Below are positions 1-11,395 of a stretch of DNA of 64,000 nucleotides, piece after piece; positions within the stretch are counted from its first letter, which is position 1, and each line of letters begins with the position of its first letter. Source of the stretch: the human T2T-CHM13v2.0 reference genome, Homo sapiens. Position numbers and translations under genes: made by a program. Location: the NCBI RefSeq assembly GCF_009914755.1, contig NC_060938.1; one strand, 5' to 3'. The notes beneath the pieces are model-generated. The model was not told the DNA's origin. It made no database searches and saw nothing but the letters and a program-made list of their open reading frames with translations.

Positions 1-129
1 GTGAATTTATATTTAGAACTCTAGCTTGAAGGAGGTACGAGAAATGTTTAAGCATGACAAAGTCAAATGAGGATTGACTGAAACAATCTAGAGTCTTGTG
101 TACATTTTCCTTGTGATATGCGACAAGTA

Positions 130-850
130 TTTTAACCTTAATTTTCTCTTCTGCAAAATAGATCTAATACCTAGATCGAAGGGCTGTTCAAGCACTAGAG
201 ATCATGTAATTCGTAAGGAAAGAAAAAAAAGAAAACTTTTTCCTTTACCTTCTTCAGATCAGTGGTTGGGGTCCTACAAATTAGACCAGCAAAAGACAGA
301 TTACATAGGAGAAAAGATTTATTAGTATATATGCATACAGAGGTCTTTGTAGGAAAATATAGACCTCAAAAAAGTGATAAGCCTGTGACCTTATATACCT
401 TTATTTTTTAAAAACAAAGAATGATAAATTATGAAGATATGATAAGACAAGAGAAAAGGGATTTGGGTTGGGGGTGATAAATTGTAGGAAAGTAACTAGA
501 AAATACACTGGAGCTTATATATAATGAAAATTATGTCATAGAAGATAAGGGTGAATTTTAGTAAGATTTGTTTGCAGACCCGTCTAGGTGCTGTCTCTCC
601 ATATCTTCATGGCCATGAAACTCCTCTAGGAGAGAAGATTCATGGCAGTCCTCATTTCTCAGAAATTTCTGCTCTTAGTTGGATAAGGGAACCTCTGACA
701 AGTCTTTCTCTATCTGTTGATTCTCATTTGCATCCAGATCAAAATAATTCTTATGTCAAAGTGGCATATTTTGAGGTGGCATATTCTGATCCCCTTCAAA
801 TTAAAGTATCTAGTGCATGGTAGTTGGCTAAATAATCATATCTATTATTA
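130..850 (+). mobile_element. MIR SINE remnant split by the MER34-like LTR (pieces ~130-207 and ~803-850)
   Basis: Core-like 'ttttctcttctgcaaaatag..aatacctagatcgaagggctgtt' lies left of the LTR and a MIR-tail-like '..taaataatcatatctattatta' lies to its right. Confidence 0.5.
212..798 (-). mobile_element. Solo ERV1 LTR, MER34-like
   Basis: Minus strand begins TGAAGGGGATCAGAATATGCCACCTCAAAATATGCCACTTTG, matching the MER34-family 5' end; 4-bp TSD AATT at 208-211 and 799-802. Confidence 0.8.
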
Positions 851-1292
851 TGACTTTTTGGTACTATTTTGGAACTTCAAAAATCATTACACTGAATGTC
901 TTAATGAACAGTTGTTTTATTGTAAAGTATGTAATCAAGGAATTTTCACTTCAAGTTAGTGTGGGGAATTATATAGTTGAAAACTGATTTCAGAAACAAA
1001 TAATCATAACTGACATTGAAATTTATAAATATTGGGACACAAACTCATACCTAGATCCATTTTTGTATCTATGGATTCATTAATTCAACTAATGCAGATT
1101 ATTTTTACAACTTTTTGTGCTAGGCACTATACTGATTGCTGGATACATAGAAGAAAAATAAACAGATAAATCCTTCCCACCAGCTTTAGAGTGGAGTGGA
1201 TAAAAATGTGTTAAATAAATAATCAAAATTACAATGAAACTGCCATAAAGGAAAACTACAGGTCGCTGAGAAAAAATATAATAAGAAAAACT

Positions 1293-3053
1293 AGAGTCGC
1301 CAGATTTAGCAAATAAAAACACACGATGCCTATATAAACTTGAATTTCGGATAAATACAAAATAATCTTTGTTGTTTTTGATAATCCCTTTTCACATGTA
1401 TAGTTTGCAGATGTTTTCTTCTGTTTTTTTAGGTCGTCTCTTTAATTTCTTGGTTGTTGCCTTTGCTGTGCAGAAATGTTTTGGCTTCAGGTAATTCCAT
1501 TTGTCAATCAATGTTTGCTTTGGTTTTCTGTGCTTTTGAGGTCTTACTCAAAAAATGTTTGTCCAGATCAAAGTCCTGAAAAATGTTCCCAATGTTTCTT
1601 CTAGTAGTTTCATAGTTTCAGGGCTCACATTTTAGCCTTTAACCAATTTTGATTTGATTTTTCTTACATGATGAGAAATAAGGGTCTAGTTTCATTCTTC
1701 TTTGTATAGGTATCCATGTTTTTTCAGCACTGTTATTTGATGAGACTGTCCTTTCCCCAGTGTATGTTCTTGGTGCCTTTGTTAAAAAGAAGTTGGCTGT
1801 AAATACATGTCTTTATTTCTGAAGGGTTCTCTACTCTGTTCCATTGGTCTATGTGTCTGTTTTTATGCCAGTACCATGCTATTTTGGCTACTAGAGCTTT
1901 GAGGTATAACTTGAAGTCAGGTAATGTGATACCCCCAGCTTTGTTATTTTTGCTGTATATTGTTATGAGGAACTCAGAAAGTTCAATGGCAAAAACCCAA
2001 ATAGTTCAATTTAAAAATGGGCAAATAATCTGAATAGACATTTCTCAAAAGAAGACATACAAATGGCCAAAAGGTATATGAAAAAATGCTCAACGTTACT
2101 AATCAGAGGAATACAAATCAAAACCACAATGATATGTCATCTAACCCTAGTTAAAATAACTATTATCCAAAAGACAGAAAATAAATTCTGGTGAGGATGC
2201 AGAGAATGGAGAATGCTCATACACTGTTGGTGTGAATATAAATTGGCACAGTCACTTTAGAAAATAGTATTAAGATTCCTCAAAAATAAAAAAACACAAA
2301 TACTGTATGATTCAGCAATCCCACTGCTGGGTACATATTCAAAAGAAGCAAATCAGTTTATTGAAGAACCATTGGCACTCTCATGCTTATTGCAGCACTA
2401 TTTGTAATAGCTGAGATATGGAATCATCCGGGTGTCTACAAATAAATAGATAAAGAAAATGTGTTAAGTATACACAATGGGATATTATTCCAACATAAAA
2501 AGTAAGATCTTGTCTTTCATAGCAACATGGATGGAACTGGAGTACATTACGTTAAGTAAAATAAGCCAGGCACAGAAGACAAATATTTCATGTTCTCCCT
2601 CATATATGGAAGGTAAAAAAAAAGATCTCTTAAAGGTAGTGAATAGAATGGTGACTATCAGAGGCTGAGAAGGGTGGTGAAAGAGGTGGGAGGATAAAGA
2701 GGGGTAGATTAATGGGTGAAAATTACAGTCAAAATGAATACGATCTAGTGTACAGTAGCACAAAATGACATCTATAGTTAACAACAATTTATTGTATGTT
2801 TTAAAATAGTTAGAAGATTTGGAATGTTCCCAACACAAAAAAATGATAAATGTTTGAGGTGATGTATATTGCAATTACCTAGATTTGATCATTACACATT
2901 GTATGTTTGTATTATAAAAAAATCACGTGTACCCCATAAATATGTATGACTATGATATATCCATAAAAATAATAATAAATTTTTAAAAAGTATTTGTAGT
3001 TTGTCTAAAGTTCAAATTTAATTAGATGCTCTGTTTTTTACCTGAGCATTCTA
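1293..3053. mobile_element. MER53 hAT-type MITE split by L1 (left ~1293-1377, right ~2986-3053)
   Basis: Left piece 'gtcgccagatttagcaaataaaaacacacgatgcc..ttgaatttcggataaa' and right piece 'gtttgtctaaagttcaaatttaattagatgctctgtttt' match the two ends of MER53. Confidence 0.7.
1375..2988 (+). mobile_element. 5'-truncated, 5'-inverted L1MA-type LINE-1 (antisense ORF2 1375-1962; sense ORF2 end and 3'UTR 1963-2988)
   Basis: Antisense ORF2 'ttttatgccagtaccatgctattttggctac'; sense 'aatagacatttctcaaaagaagacatacaaatggcc'; L1MA-type 3' end 'gatttgatcattacacattgtatg..gtaccccataaatatgta' with A-rich tail. Confidence 0.9.
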
Positions 3054-3909
3054 AGGGGAAACCTTAGATGGTGCTGTGGTACAAGAAAGGCCTCTTTAAA
3101 GGGATAAATAAGCATAGAACCAAAGAATAAGGACTCAGTAATTATTGGCCAATAGAAGAGTGGTGGAAAAAGGTTTGCAAACAGAAAGAATAGCCTGTGT
3201 AAAACTCCTTAAGGTAAGAAAGAGCTTGCCACATTTAAGACATGGAAAGAATGTGAGTGGCTAAGTTGAGTAAGGAATATCATAGCCTGGAATGGGATCA
3301 GAGAGGTATAGATAGGGTCAGACCAAGGAGAGAGTATTCTCTCTTAAAGCAGTGGTTTAATTTTTTTAAGGTATAAACCCTTTTTAAAATCATTTTAAGT
3401 AGAAGCTCATGGCATATAACATATACAATTGAAGCAACTCAGCTTAAAGAGTGAAGATAAGGGGTATTTTGAGGGTTCATGCTTCTCTACTTGTGCTATA
3501 GTTTTACTCCATGCAGTAGCAGCCCTTCCTGGTACTAAATCATGTAAGGTATCAGACCATGGTGTCCTTTGCAATTGATATCCAGAGAGGAGAAAAAAAT
3601 TATCCAAGTTTTAATGTTCATTTTATAAGCATCAGCTCTAAAAATTCAATAGCTAGAAATGGGAAGCTTCTAAATTCACCTGTACAATTAATATAACTTG
3701 AACTACTGAAAATCACCCCAGTACTTTGCTTTTGGATATTAACATAATTGGAGTGTATAGAAGTCAGTTTAACATTTTAAAATTAGCATCTCCCAGTCAT
3801 CTCTGATAGGAAATTGTTGATCACTAAAATATTTCTAGCACCTGAATTTCAAAGGAAGTCTATTTGACCTTCCCCAGCTCAAGGCACGTCGTCTCCATGG
3901 AGCAACAAA

Positions 3910-4095
3910 GCTAGCATTTAATGAACTGTACTATGTCCAGGCACTGTGCTGCATGCTTTACACAGACAATATTCAGTTTTTCTTTATACAAATGAGGAAA
4001 ACAGTAGGCTCAGAGAGGCAGGGTAATTTGTTTAAGGTTACCAGCTAATCGGGCCCAGGAACAGAATTGGAGTCTATAACTGTTTGACTGTAAAG
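3910..4095 (-). mobile_element. MIR SINE
   Basis: 'ccaggcactgtgct..tgctttaca..aaatgaggaaa..ggctcagagagg..taatttg..aaggt'. Confidence 0.75.
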
Positions 4096-4186
4096 TATAA
4101 GTCACAGTTGAGGGAGTACTGGTCGGAAGTATACCAGTGCCATTTAGGAAGATGAGTCTCCAAAAGTGATTTTTGTCTTAGTTATT

Positions 4187-4221
4187 CACACACACACACA
4201 CACACATATGTATATATGTAT
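4187..4221. repeat. (CA)n/(TA)n microsatellite
   Basis: Directly visible. Confidence 0.9.
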
Positions 4222-4846
4222 TTCAGTTTTCTTACTCTTGTCAGACTTGCAACAGAATCAACATTTAGGTTTTAAGACAGGTTGTCAATTTAGTCTGTAA
4301 CATTTTTAATTTTCTATACTCCTCTGGGGTGTCAGTCATCTGTCTTGCCATAGGAGAGCTTTGTCTTTCACTTCAGAATCTATTGGATTTCCTATGGTGA
4401 TGTTATAAACAATATCAGTAATTCATAACTACAAAGCACTTCAAAACACCTTGCTACTTTTGGTTAGACTTAGAACATCTCAAAGTGCATGCAGAGAATT
4501 TTAAATGCTACATATTATTTAAAACAATGAATATTTATTATTACTATTTTGTGTAGGAAGAGGAAAAAACAGAGAAAGTGTCACAGAGTGGAAAAGGAAA
4601 AAATTATTTATATCAAAGGGAAAATAGAGCACGCCTTCTTACCTCTTCTGACTTCTGGCTATTAAAATCTGTAAAAATTAATAAATTGAGAAAGGAACTC
4701 ACTGAATAAAGTAGCAGATAGTATTATATTTCTAATAAAGGCATGATTTAAAACATGGGTTCCCTGTGGATGATTTTCATGAGATGGAAATACACTGCCC
4801 ACAGCACTTACCCGAGGAAATTTATCACCACATTTCAAATGCAGAG

Positions 4847-5328
4847 TGCTATAATTTGAGGGTGTTTGTCAAATTTCATGTGTTGAAAACTTAATTCCCA
4901 AATTCATATGTCGATGATATTTGGAGGTGGGGCTTTTAGTAGGTAATTAAGATGACCTAATCCCAGCCACTCAAGAGGCTGAGGTGGCATAATTGCTTGA
5001 GCCTAGGAGTTCAAGGCCAGCCTGGGCAACATAGCAAGACTCCACCTTAAAAAAAAATGATTAGATAACATCATCAGCATAGGGCCCCCATGATGGGACT
5101 GGTGGTTTTATAGGAAGAGGAGGAGAGACCTGATCTGGAACACTCTTCCCTCTTATCATGTGGTGTCCTCCCCTATGTTATCATGCAGCATGAAGGTCCT
5201 CACAAGATGCCAGCACCATGCTCTTGTACTTGCCAGCCTCCAGAATTACGAGCTAAATAAACTCCTTTTCTTTATAAATTGCCCAGTCTGTGATATTCCG
5301 TTATAGCAACAGAAGATGGACTAAGACA
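4847..5328 (+). mobile_element. MaLR solo LTR, MSTC/MSTD-like
   Basis: TGCTAT..CTAAGACA termini; 'gggcccccatgatgggactggtgg'; 5-bp TSD CAGAG/TAGAG. Confidence 0.85.
4956..5057 (+). mobile_element. 5'-truncated FLAM / free Alu left monomer inside the MST LTR
   Basis: 'gcttgagcctaggagttcaaggccagcctgggcaacatagcaagactcc' plus A tail; ATGA repeated on both flanks. Confidence 0.85.
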
Positions 5329-6139
5329 TAGAGGAAAGTCAAGAAGGGCGAGTCTACCCAAGAATGGTAAAGGTGTTTCCCCCCTGGTGTCAGTTTTGAC
5401 AAATTGATGATTGTGAAGTATCCCATTTGGAATGATTTTGAAGCCAAATCTCAGCTAAATAGATTGCATCAGAGACCAACAAGCAATGTCTATCATGGCT
5501 ACATGATGGGTTGTTTCTTGTGAAATGTAAATGTCAACTAGAAACTGAGTACTATAAGAGATGGGATAGATCTATGCCAACTTAAAGGCACACACACACC
5601 CACATACACACATATACACATATAAATGTTAAACACACACAATGTTTAACAAATTATTTTTAATTTTTTTTCTTTTTACAAAGTCCCCAATAAGTTTGGA
5701 GATGATTTACTTTTCTCTTTAATATAGAAGTAGAGAAACAAATTCTGTTCACTTTAGGACTCTAAATAATTGATTTAGTTCATGAAAATTTTATATTTGA
5801 TAAGTAAAATATATAAACTAACAAATATGAATAAATGGATAAGTAGACAGTGTGCTCATTCAACACAGTGTGGGGGCAAGGCAAACTGGAAACTTGATTA
5901 TGCAGTTGGGACAAAGCTGGAAACACAATGAATTAGCTGGAGAAAATAAAGGACTGAAAAAGACTGGAATGAAAAAGGGGAACTCACAATAGAAAATGAT
6001 TTTGTAAACTGTGAGGAGAAAAGAAGCATGTGCTTATATTTGGAGCTATTTGGAACTATGGCAAGAAAAATTGGCTTAACTAGAAACAGCCAATCATTTA
6101 ACCCTCAGAATGGTGTTATGTGTGAAAAGTGAAATGGTG

Positions 6140-6345
6140 GTAGCTAATGTTTATTACATACTCATATGCCAAGTGCTTTACAAGTATTATCTCTTTTATC
6201 TCAGATATAACAACAACAGAGTCCCTGGGAGGTTGTTATTGTTTTAACATGATAAAATCAGGGCTTAGAATGACCAAATGGATGTTTCAGACTCCCACTC
6301 TATCCAAGCAATCTAGATTAAGCTCACATACTTTCTTAATCACTG
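6140..6345 (-). mobile_element. MIR SINE (degenerate)
   Basis: 'agctaatgtttatt..atgccaagtgctttaca..attatctc'. Confidence 0.55.
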
Positions 6346-6458
6346 CTTATATTATTTTTCCAAAATAATGAATAAGATATATGCTATTTTTTCTCATTAA
6401 AAATAAGAATCTCTGAATATAAATCCAATATAAAAATTTTTTTGAATAAATAAACGAG

Positions 6459-6947
6459 TGTGGTAGGCTGAACAATGCCCCTCCTCTCCTCTCCCTCCAT
6501 AAAGATATTTATGTCCCAATTCCTACAGCCTGTGATTGTTACTTTACATGACTAATAATGGCTTTGCAGATGTGATTACATTTGTGATTTTGAGATAAGG
6601 AGATTATTGTGGATTATCCCAGATGGGTCCTAAATGCAATTACAAGTATCCTTATGAGAGGGAGATGGAGGAAGGTTTGACACAGACAAAAGAGAAGAAG
6701 GCAAAGATTAAAGTGATGTAACCACAAGCTAAGGAATGCTGGCAGCCATCAGATTCTGGCTGAATCAAGGAATGAATTGTCCATTAGAGCCTCTGGAGGG
6801 AGTGAAGTCCTGACAATGCCTTGACTCAGATCCTACTAAAGTGATTTTGGACTTCTGGTCTGCAGAATTGTGAAATGATAAATTTCTCTTATTTAAAACT
6901 AATAAATTTATGGTAAGTTGTTTTAACAGTCACAGAAAACAAATACG
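6459..6947 (+). mobile_element. MaLR solo LTR, MLT1C/MLT1D-like
   Basis: TGTGGTAGGCTGAA start; 'ctttgcagatgtgatta', 'aaggaatgctggcagcca', 'ggacttctggtctgcagaattgtga'; end 'gaaaacaaatac'. Confidence 0.85.
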
Positions 6948-7079
6948 ATAAGTTTAGAAAATAACAAAGTTGAATTTTTTTTATTCCAGAAACTCTCCCT
7001 AGGCCTTCCCTTCCCTTACCACATACTTCCCAGAACCTCAGATTTTACTTTTTTGTGACCTTCACCATATACGCTTTTA

Positions 7080-7160
7080 GCTATCTTATCTCTGTATCCC
7101 AAAATGTCCAGTAAAACAACTGGCACATAGTAGGAGTTCAATAAATACTTCTTAAATGAT
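7080..7160 (+). mobile_element. L2 3' end
   Basis: 'tctgtatccc..ctggcacatagtaggagttcaataaatac'. Confidence 0.65.
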
Positions 7161-7334
7161 CAAATAGAGCTCAAGGTACATGGTCAATAATGTGGTTGGA
7201 TTGTGGCTTTTGTAACTCCTGGTAGGATAAAGTCCTCCAGAGAAGCTTATAGGTTGAAAACAGGGCATAGTAGTTATCACTGAGCACCCCACATGTGAGG
7301 ATGAGTGGAAACAAAATGTGAATTGCTTAGTCAT

Positions 7335-7720
7335 TTTGGAAGGCAAATTGCCTGTAAAATTACACAGATGTATGACTTTTGACTGAGCAGATCCCTTTTT
7401 TGGGAATTACCAACATATAAGATTATACAGGCAGAGGTATTTATTACAATGTTGATCATGGTATAATATCTTGAAAAAAGTGAGTATCTAACATTAAGAA
7501 AATTATCAAAGCAATCATGGTATGTCCACATCATGGAATATTATGCAACCATTAAAAAATTAAATAGAGCTATAACAATTGACTTGGAGGAATGTCTATG
7601 AGATATTAACTAAGAAGAGAGAGATAAGGAAAAGTATTATATGATTTATTTCTTTAAACAAACATTATGTGTCTATATGATATATTACAACATGTATAGT
7701 ATAATCACATATGCAAAATA
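7335..7720 (+). mobile_element. Old L1 (L1ME-type) 3' fragment
   Basis: 'catggtatgtccacatcatggaatattatgcaaccattaaaaa'. Confidence 0.6.
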
Positions 7721-8469
7721 TTACATATGACTACATAAACGTATCTACACACATGACTATGAATATTGATAATTATAGTATTTTATATTGATACATAATA
7801 CTAGCTGAATTGTTAATAAAGGCATGTTATAGGGTTAGTGATATGGTTGGGAAGGGGAAGTGAAAGTAAAAAAAACCAAAACACAATGAAAGATCACCCA
7901 AGATAAGGCAAATATGCTATAAAATATTAATGCATTTCTGTAAATTTGTATTTACATGTAGATATACTTACAGATACTTTAAAATGATAAATGCAAAAAA
8001 TACTGTATAGAAGCAAAATATCGTCTAGGGAATGGCTTCCAAACAGGAAAGTGGAACTTAATGGATTGATAGTGAAAGGGGAATTTGTTGGAAAAAATAT
8101 GTGTTATGTTTCCAATAGGTCTGTATTAATGTTGAAGTTTTGAAATACATTAGTTATAGAACAGGAAGAAAGGGTCAGCTGTGTGGTGAATCTAGACCTT
8201 AGCCAAATCAGTAGGAGTGCTGGGTTGCTTGGGTGTGGAGGTGGGTGCTAGGTAGAACATCTGAGGAGAAACAGTAAATGCGCACACTGCACCCAACCAT
8301 GTGACCCAGGACTCCAGCCACCAACTCTTAATTCATCCCCCACCAAGCATGAGGAAATTAAGCCTCTATCCATACCAATCCATAGAATCAAATCTCCAAA
8401 ACTAGGCTTGAACACAACTGTCTAACAAATGACCTAGATTGGTTTCCCCTAATGTATACTTTGGTAATA

Positions 8470-8655
8470 CTCTGATCTTTCTTTTCATAAGATTTGTCAC
8501 ATTTCACATTTATTTATGGAGTAGTAATTGATGTCTGTACTCCCTCCCTCCAAGCCCACCTTTCTAAGGGAAGACATTTAGACTCATTGTTGTATCCCCA
8601 GGACAGCATTGTGTCTGGCACTTAGTGAAACTTCAGAAATATTTGTTAAAAGTTC
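8470..8655 (+). mobile_element. L2 3' end
   Basis: 'cattgttgtatccccagg..gtgtctggcacttagt..aaatatttgtt'. Confidence 0.65.
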
Positions 8656-8689
8656 ATAAACATGTCTTCTCTACTGGAAAATATGTAAT

Positions 8690-8835
8690 GTAGTGATTCT
8701 TTCTTTTTCTGTTGTTGTTTTTGGGCCCATTCAGAATTTTGACAAAAGCTATGAAATGTCTTCCCAGAATTTTGTCACATTTTCTGGAGATTCATCGATC
8801 CCCTAAAGCCCATTCACGTAGGGTTAAACATTTCC
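8690..8835 (+). mobile_element. MER103C-like hAT-Charlie fragment
   Basis: 'tgacaaaagctatg..cccagaa..cccctaaagcccattca..ggttaa'. Confidence 0.5.
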
Positions 8836-8869
8836 AAAATATGTTAATTCCTCATTTAAACAACAGGTG

Positions 8870-9075
8870 TTAACTGTTATTGAATATTTATTATTTGTCA
8901 GACTTTGCATTGTTTTACATGTAATATTTCAATTAATACTTATAGCTCTAGGAGGTAAGTCCTAATTTTATTTTTTAAACAGATGAAGAATCATTTTAAG
9001 AGAGATTAAGTTAGTTACCAAAGCTTGCAGTGCTAATTGGCAGCAAAGTTGGGTCTCAGACAGAGGTCTTTTATT
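8870..9075 (-). mobile_element. MIR SINE
   Basis: 'tattgaatattta..gaggtaag..acagatgaagaa..agagagattaag'. Confidence 0.6.
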
Positions 9076-10395
9076 AGTCCAGCCTGAGTTTGCACCCCAG
9101 CCACTGAAAACCATCTGTCTGTTCTAGGTTCCCGCCTCATCATGACCAGTAAAGTTATCCGGTGAAGACGCTTAATCTCCCCTAGTAAGAGTCTGAAATG
9201 ATGATATTAACTTGAGCTCCTGACTTGATGTTAGCAAAGTTTCCTTGATCAAACAGGACAGGCTCTTCCCCCAACAACACTCTTGATGCGTAGAGAGCCT
9301 GCATTCCTGCTGCACTTGTTTAGCAACTAGCAGAGCTGTGACTCCAAATTATCTCGTGCATGTTTCAAACCATTTAAATTGTCATTGTAGGATTTTGCCT
9401 ATTAGTAAAATACCATCCTGTGAATACTGATTTTGTAAAATAGTACAATTGTCTGGTGATAGGAAAGCAATAACTTCTTGAATGTAGTCCAGCAGAATGA
9501 CTGCTCCTTTTTAGTGAAATGTAAGGAAGTTGCTTGTGTAATATTCTTTATGTAATTGGATTCAGGGTCCATTCATATTTTACCACGTTGATAGAAAATA
9601 AATTGGCATCATTGCATATCTAAATGTCTGTTGTCACAGTTCAGGTTAAAGAGAATGAAATATGACTTGGACTTACTTTGCATTCTCTTCCCTTTCTTCT
9701 TTGGTGGTGACAACCTTTCCATCAGAGACTGAGTTAACCCAAGAACACTAAATGCAGTGGTAGCATGGAATTTAGCAAGCTAAGAGCCTGCCCAAGGGAA
9801 AGCGTTCCTGGTTAAATGGGGGGCCATTAGCATGCTGGTGATTGATTAGCTGAGTTATTCACTTTTAAGCTTCATCATTTTCACATTTAAGGTAATTTTG
9901 GTCAGTAAGAGTAAATTATACTCGTTATATTCAAATGCAAATACATGTTTAGAAAGTACGTGGTTTAGAAAACAAATAGGACACAAACCCAATGCTAATG
10001 CCTCTTTGGGGCATGTGCACACCTCTAGGGACTATTTCTATTTCCTTACTCTTAATAATTATCATAATGTCATGCCTCCCTCCATGAAATCAGTAGATGC
10101 TTATTTGTGTCACTCTCCTCATGGGCATGTGACAGAACATATCCCCTGAAGTGAAGCTCCCCCAACCCTGTTTTATTTTTATTTTCCTTGTTTTCTGCAG
10201 CAGAAACTGCATTAATCAGATGTAACTTGGCCTGAAAACATAAAGAAATCTTACATGATGCTCCTGGAAAAGACTGTCATATCCCCAAGAGATGACAAAA
10301 CTAGGAAATAACTTCGTTTACGATACCTTCAGAATGATCACTGGCATTGATTGTGAATTAGGGATCTGTAAAAACTTGACCAAAGAGAACTTGCT

Positions 10396-11395
10396 CATGG
10401 TAAATTAAAAATGGTTGCAAATTCTTTATTATCCTGCCCATTGAGAGATGGAGTCTAACTGGGTTTTCCTGGCTACCTACTTGACCAGTTCAGAGGAAGT
10501 GGCATTCTGAGGCTTCCCAGGCAAGGTCATAAGAAGTCTTGCAGCTGCTCTTTAAGTCTGTTTATGCACTCTTTCTGAGATCCTTGAGACGCCATGTAAA
10601 ATGTCTGACTACTCTGGGATGATGTGTAGGGACTCTCCATGATATTCTAGAGTGCCCAGCCTTATAGACATTGCTTCCAAGTCATCAGTTTTTTTTTTTT
10701 TTTTACTTCAATGTAGGTTTTATCATAATTAAGATATAATAAGCCAGCAGATCAGGAGACAACTGCCATTGAAAAGATAGTTTGTTACTCACAGTTCCCA
10801 AGAGGAGGAGGCATGCTGTGTTACTCAGGGCTACATGGGGAAGCACTGGGATTGGTCAAGAGGCTGGATAAGCAGGTTTAGAATTAGCTAATTTGAATAA
10901 TTTTGCAGGCTCTGGGATGTAGGTCTGACTCAAGTTGTCTGGTACTTGGCCCTGGAAAGATTAGGGCAGAGAAATATTGGCCCAGAGTATAAGAGTTCTG
11001 TGAGAGTCTGATAAAGGTGTGGTATTTGGATTGGTTGGTTTGCATATGAAAGGTTTTCTCACAGGGAATAGTTGGTTATGTCTTGGAATTAGCTCAGTGG
11101 CAGGGAAGTGTCTCCCAAGGCCTCAGAAGCCAGAGCATCAAGACTACAGAAAGTAGGATAATATAGTTAATACCACCTGAAATGTAAGTGAAGCCATCTT
11201 AGGCCCTCAAAACCAGCCCATCTGCCAGCAGAATACTATTGTGGAGACTCCATCAATGCCATGCAAAACTGAAGAATTTGCACTGAATCCTGCTCAAATT
11301 CCTGACCCACAGATTTGTGTGCTGTAATAAACAAGTCAGTTTCAGCTACTGAGTTTGGCATAAATTGTTATACAGTAATCGTTAATTTGGATATT
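10396..11395 (+). mobile_element. MaLR LTR MLT1F/G-like, split by LTR47 (pieces ~10396-10688 and ~11176-11395)
   Basis: 'aaaaatggttgcaaattcttt..cccattgagagatggagtcta', 'aggtcataagaag..tgcagct'; 3' part 'gtgaagccatcttag..ccagcccatctgccagc..aaattcctgacccacaga'. Confidence 0.75.
10705..11175 (-). mobile_element. ERVL solo LTR, LTR47-like
   Basis: Minus strand 'gtattaactat..tttcatatgcaaaccaaccaatcc..gggccaagtaccagacaact..gggaactgtgagtaacaaactatcttttcaatggcag'. Confidence 0.75.

Larger units (their letters stand above)
1075..3330 (-). mobile_element. L2 LINE 3' region (pieces ~1075-1290 and ~3055-3330) interrupted by MER53 and L1
   Basis: 'attcattaattcaac..gtgctaggcactatactg..ggataca..aaacagataaatcc' on the left; 'gaatagcctgtgtaaaactccttaaggtaagaaagagcttg' continues L2 on the right. 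Confidence 0.65.

Noticed and set aside
5627-5651. 9-bp inverted repeat TGTTAAACA/TGTTTAACA
   Set aside because: Too short and AT-rich to exceed chance expectation.
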